DNA of 64,000 nucleotides from Lachnospiraceae bacterium UBA4381 (GTDB lineage: Bacteria > Bacillota > Clostridia > Lachnospirales > Lachnospiraceae): NCBI GenBank assembly GCA_002391105.1, contig DGRT01000037.1, forward strand, positions 394 to 64,393, read 5' to 3'. Below the pieces are notes generated by a model that worked only from the letters and a program-made list of their open reading frames with translations, did not search any database and had not been told where the DNA came from. The position numbers and the translations under genes are program-made. Shown piece by piece: positions 61,370 to 64,000 of this stretch (the stretch's first letter is position 1; every line of letters starts with the position of its first letter).

Positions 61370-61780
61370 TTAGTTCTGATTAGAGTTCTTCGCTCTGGTC
61401 ACTTCCTCTGAAGCTTCACGCAGCTCGCCTGCTTTTTTCTTTTTCCTGTTTGTATCTCTTCTAAGAATAGCCAGCTCCTGAGTCAGCTTCTTAATCTGCT
61501 CCCCCTGCTTCGTAACCTCCATCATAAGGGAAAAGATTGCAAAAATCGCAAGTATGAGTCCCACGAACGAAAGCATATTAACAGGATCATATATTCCCAG
61601 AAGAAGTGATACCTTAAGAAGGAGTCCCGGCCATATAGCAAATACCATGATTCCTATAACAACCAGACTCCAGAATATTCCAAACCTGAAATCAAGCCTC
61701 CTCTGGGCAACACGTCTGGCAATATAAAAGATTGCCAACATCATACATACTATAATTATTATCTGTAATCTTGGAGACAT
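61370..61780 (-). CDS. DUF2304 family small membrane protein
   Basis: Three TM helices, LLGI..PVN, IKKLTQELAI; normally partners a DPM-like GT2. Confidence 0.85.
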   Translation of the reverse strand: MSPRLQIIIIVCMMLAIFYIARRVAQRRLDFRFGIFWSLVVIGIMVFAIWPGLLLKVSLLLGIYDPVNMLSFVGLILAIFAIFSLMMEVTKQGEQIKKLTQELAILRRDTNRKKKKAGELREASEEVTRAKNSNQN

Positions 61781-61828
61781 CCAGACCTCTCCTTCTCTTT
61801 TTTATATATTCTTATATTTCCCCATATC

Positions 61829-61927
61829 TTAATCTTCAATTTCTTTTAGGGCTTTGGCAGACCTGAGACATTCCTCAGATTTTTCAAATCTATACTTTGA
61901 TAATTCTATTCTGTTATCTTCACTCAT
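61829..61927 (-). pseudogene. Truncated HEPN-domain gene (32 codons)
   Basis: MSEDNRIELSKYRFEKSEECLRSAKALKEIED*; overlaps MNT stop (ATGAGTGA); resembles the first helix of HEPN partners. Confidence 0.7.
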
Positions 61928-62264
61928 ATAACACTATCCCTTCTCGCTCAACATTTTGATAAAAGACTATGGTATCAAGCCATTTATCAAAAGTATAAAT
62001 ATCTTCAAGTAAAAGCGATACTTCAACATTTTCATCAAGACTAATCTCACTGGCAATTGAAGAAGTCATCCTTCTATATTTTGATAATTCATCATGGGGA
62101 CAATCAAGAAGAAGCATTACATCAATATCCGAATCGATTGAAAAGTCTCCTCTTGCACATGACCCATATAGTATAATTCGTTTTATTATATTGCCAAGGT
62201 TTTCATTAACTTTACTGACAATTTTATGCGAAACCCTTTGTATCACAATATTATTATCCAGCAT
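61920..62264 (-). CDS. Minimal nucleotidyltransferase (MNT antitoxin-like)
   Basis: LYGSCARGD...SDIDV, FYQNVEREG; AT-richer than neighbours. Confidence 0.88.
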   Translation of the reverse strand: MLDNNIVIQRVSHKIVSKVNENLGNIIKRIILYGSCARGDFSIDSDIDVMLLLDCPHDELSKYRRMTSSIASEISLDENVEVSLLLEDIYTFDKWLDTIVFYQNVEREGIVLYE

Positions 62265-62280
62265 TCAATTCACCTCACAA

Positions 62281-62985
62281 TCATTTCATAATTGCGGCCA
62301 CAATAACAGCAAGGCTTACTTTGATCATATAGTAGATACTCTTTCCTGCATTGATCGAGGATTCACCCTCTGCCCTGCTTCTCATCTGCACAGGAATCTC
62401 ACTCACCCTGTAGTTCCTCTTAATAGCTGTAACAACACTTTCCGGTTCCGGATAGTCCTTAGGATATTCATTTGCAAATTCCTTCATTAATCTGCGGTTT
62501 ACCATTCTCATACCGGAGGTAGGATCTGTAATCTCCTGCCCTGTCAAAAGCTTAATCAGTCTCGTAAAATATCTGATTCCAACGCGTCTCAGCTTTGATG
62601 ACTGAAACCCTTCGTTTTCTATAAACCTGGAACCAATCACCATATCAACGCCTGAGCCTTCCAGTGTTCTGAGAAGCTTTCCAAGATAAGCCGCATCATG
62701 CTGTCCATCTCCATCTATCTGAACAGCCGTCTCATAGCCATGATAATAAGCATACCTGTATCCGGTCTGAACCGCTCCTCCTATCCCAAGGTTAATAGGA
62801 AGGTTTACATACTTAAAATGATTCTCCTTCAGTATCTCTAGGGTATCATCTTTGGAGCAGTCATTTATTACCAGATAATCAAATTCCGGAGCATTTTCCT
62901 TTACATCCATTACTGTATTAACTATATTTCCTTCCTCATTATAAGCAGGAATTATTACCAAATGTTTTTTCTTCATATAATACAC
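62281..62985 (-). CDS. GT2 glycosyltransferase (DPM1-like)
   Basis: IPAYNEE, NLGIGGAVQTG, DGDGQH, DPTSG.R, YPEPE. Confidence 0.9.
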   Translation of the reverse strand: MYYMKKKHLVIIPAYNEEGNIVNTVMDVKENAPEFDYLVINDCSKDDTLEILKENHFKYVNLPINLGIGGAVQTGYRYAYYHGYETAVQIDGDGQHDAAYLGKLLRTLEGSGVDMVIGSRFIENEGFQSSKLRRVGIRYFTRLIKLLTGQEITDPTSGMRMVNRRLMKEFANEYPKDYPEPESVVTAIKRNYRVSEIPVQMRSRAEGESSINAGKSIYYMIKVSLAVIVAAIMK

Positions 62986-63046
62986 TGCCTTCTATCTATC
63001 ATACTTATTCTAATGATTGTTACACGACTTATAATTATGGAACCTG

Positions 63047-64000
63047 TTATTCCCCTGCATATGTTTTGATCAGATTTTCGCTGCCATCATCCCATACAAC
63101 ATAAACCTCAACCGCAATATCATCAGCGCTCAGATCCTCCGGATATTTACTATTATAATACAGATCCTCCCCCTTCTGATACCCATCCAGTGTGACAGTA
63201 ATATATTCTCCACGGGAAGCCATATCCTCCCCCTTCTTATAAGCCTCTTTAGTCCATATTCTGGCTTCCAGATTCTTGAAGTCGCTCATCTCAGAAAACT
63301 CCGCATAGGCTTTGAATTCCACCCTTAGTCCGTCCTCTTCATCTATAGGAGTTATAACAGCTTCAGAACCTATAAATCTAATCAGATCATCACTTACCTC
63401 TATGACATTCAGAGAGTCCATAAACTCTGACTTTTTCTCCATCTCACTGTCACAATACTCTACACCGTATTTTTCAACAAGGGTCTGTTCATCGGAATAC
63501 AGATTCACTCCCAACCCCAGATGGTTTCCCGATATCTCAACACCCATAGCCGCAAGAGTAGTTGGGAACATATCCATCGTAGAGTAATAACGCCAGGCTT
63601 CTGCATCCTCCGGTTCTACAGAAGAATTGAGTACTGAGGTCAGCACTTTTCTCTGATAATCTTCAGGAACAGTCAGACAAAAATCCTTATCCATAGTAGG
63701 ATGATCTCCACTAATTACTATAACTGTATTCTCATAAAAATCCTGTTCCTGTATCCAGTCTATAAACTCTCCTACCTGCCTGCTGGAACATGCCATTACA
63801 TTAGAATACTGGTCACCACCATAATAGGTTGGCTCACATTTTTCACACCAGTACCCATCCTCAAAATGTGTATCTGCTGTAAGCATTGTCAGATTGAAGG
63901 GCTTCTCCTCCTTACTTAGTCTGGTAAGCTCAGACTTGGCAAATTCAAAAAGCTTCGTATCCTCATAGCCCCAGAACACCTTATAGTCCTCAGGAATAGC
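63047..64000 (-). CDS. LTA synthase / sulfatase family protein (5' part outside window)
   Basis: FWGYED, LTADTH, SGDH, DMFPTTL; frame open to the window edge. Confidence 0.8.
   Translation of the reverse strand, partial: AIPEDYKVFWGYEDTKLFEFAKSELTRLSKEEKPFNLTMLTADTHFEDGYWCEKCEPTYYGGDQYSNVMACSSRQVGEFIDWIQEQDFYENTVIVISGDHPTMDKDFCLTVPEDYQRKVLTSVLNSSVEPEDAEAWRYYSTMDMFPTTLAAMGVEISGNHLGLGVNLYSDEQTLVEKYGVEYCDSEMEKKSEFMDSLNVIEVSDDLIRFIGSEAVITPIDEEDGLRVEFKAYAEFSEMSDFKNLEARIWTKEAYKKGEDMASRGEYITVTLDGYQKGEDLYYNSKYPEDLSADDIAVEVYVVWDDGSENLIKTYAGE

Overview
Core-chromosome window of a low-GC Firmicute; gene content and order point to a Lachnospiraceae/Eubacterium-like anaerobe (inference). Nearly all genes are on the minus strand. 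Contents: hup-yabO-divIC-tilS-ftsH without the usual sporulation genes; a MoxR/DUF58/VWA/TPR cluster followed by an acyltransferase-membrane protein-esterase trio; several peptidoglycan hydrolases, two with WalR-like boxes; queA; T-box(Phe)-pheST; gltX; a 6S RNA; a phosphofructokinase; T-box(Asn)-aspS-gatCAB; and cell-surface polysaccharide genes (LCP, rfbA, rfbB, GT2s, LTA-synthase-like). Non-obvious items: (1) a ~165-bp dispersed non-coding element (2 full copies, 1 internally deleted, 1 end fragment) folding into a long hairpin plus a cloverleaf capped by GNA triloops, with compensatory changes between copies; (2) an Fst-like type I toxin-antitoxin locus absent from the ORF track, inserted between gatC and gatA next to one copy; (3) REP-like doublets; (4) an orphan MNT antitoxin with a 32-codon HEPN stub; (5) lineage-specific loop insertions in housekeeping enzymes. 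All calls come from reading the sequence; no searches were run.
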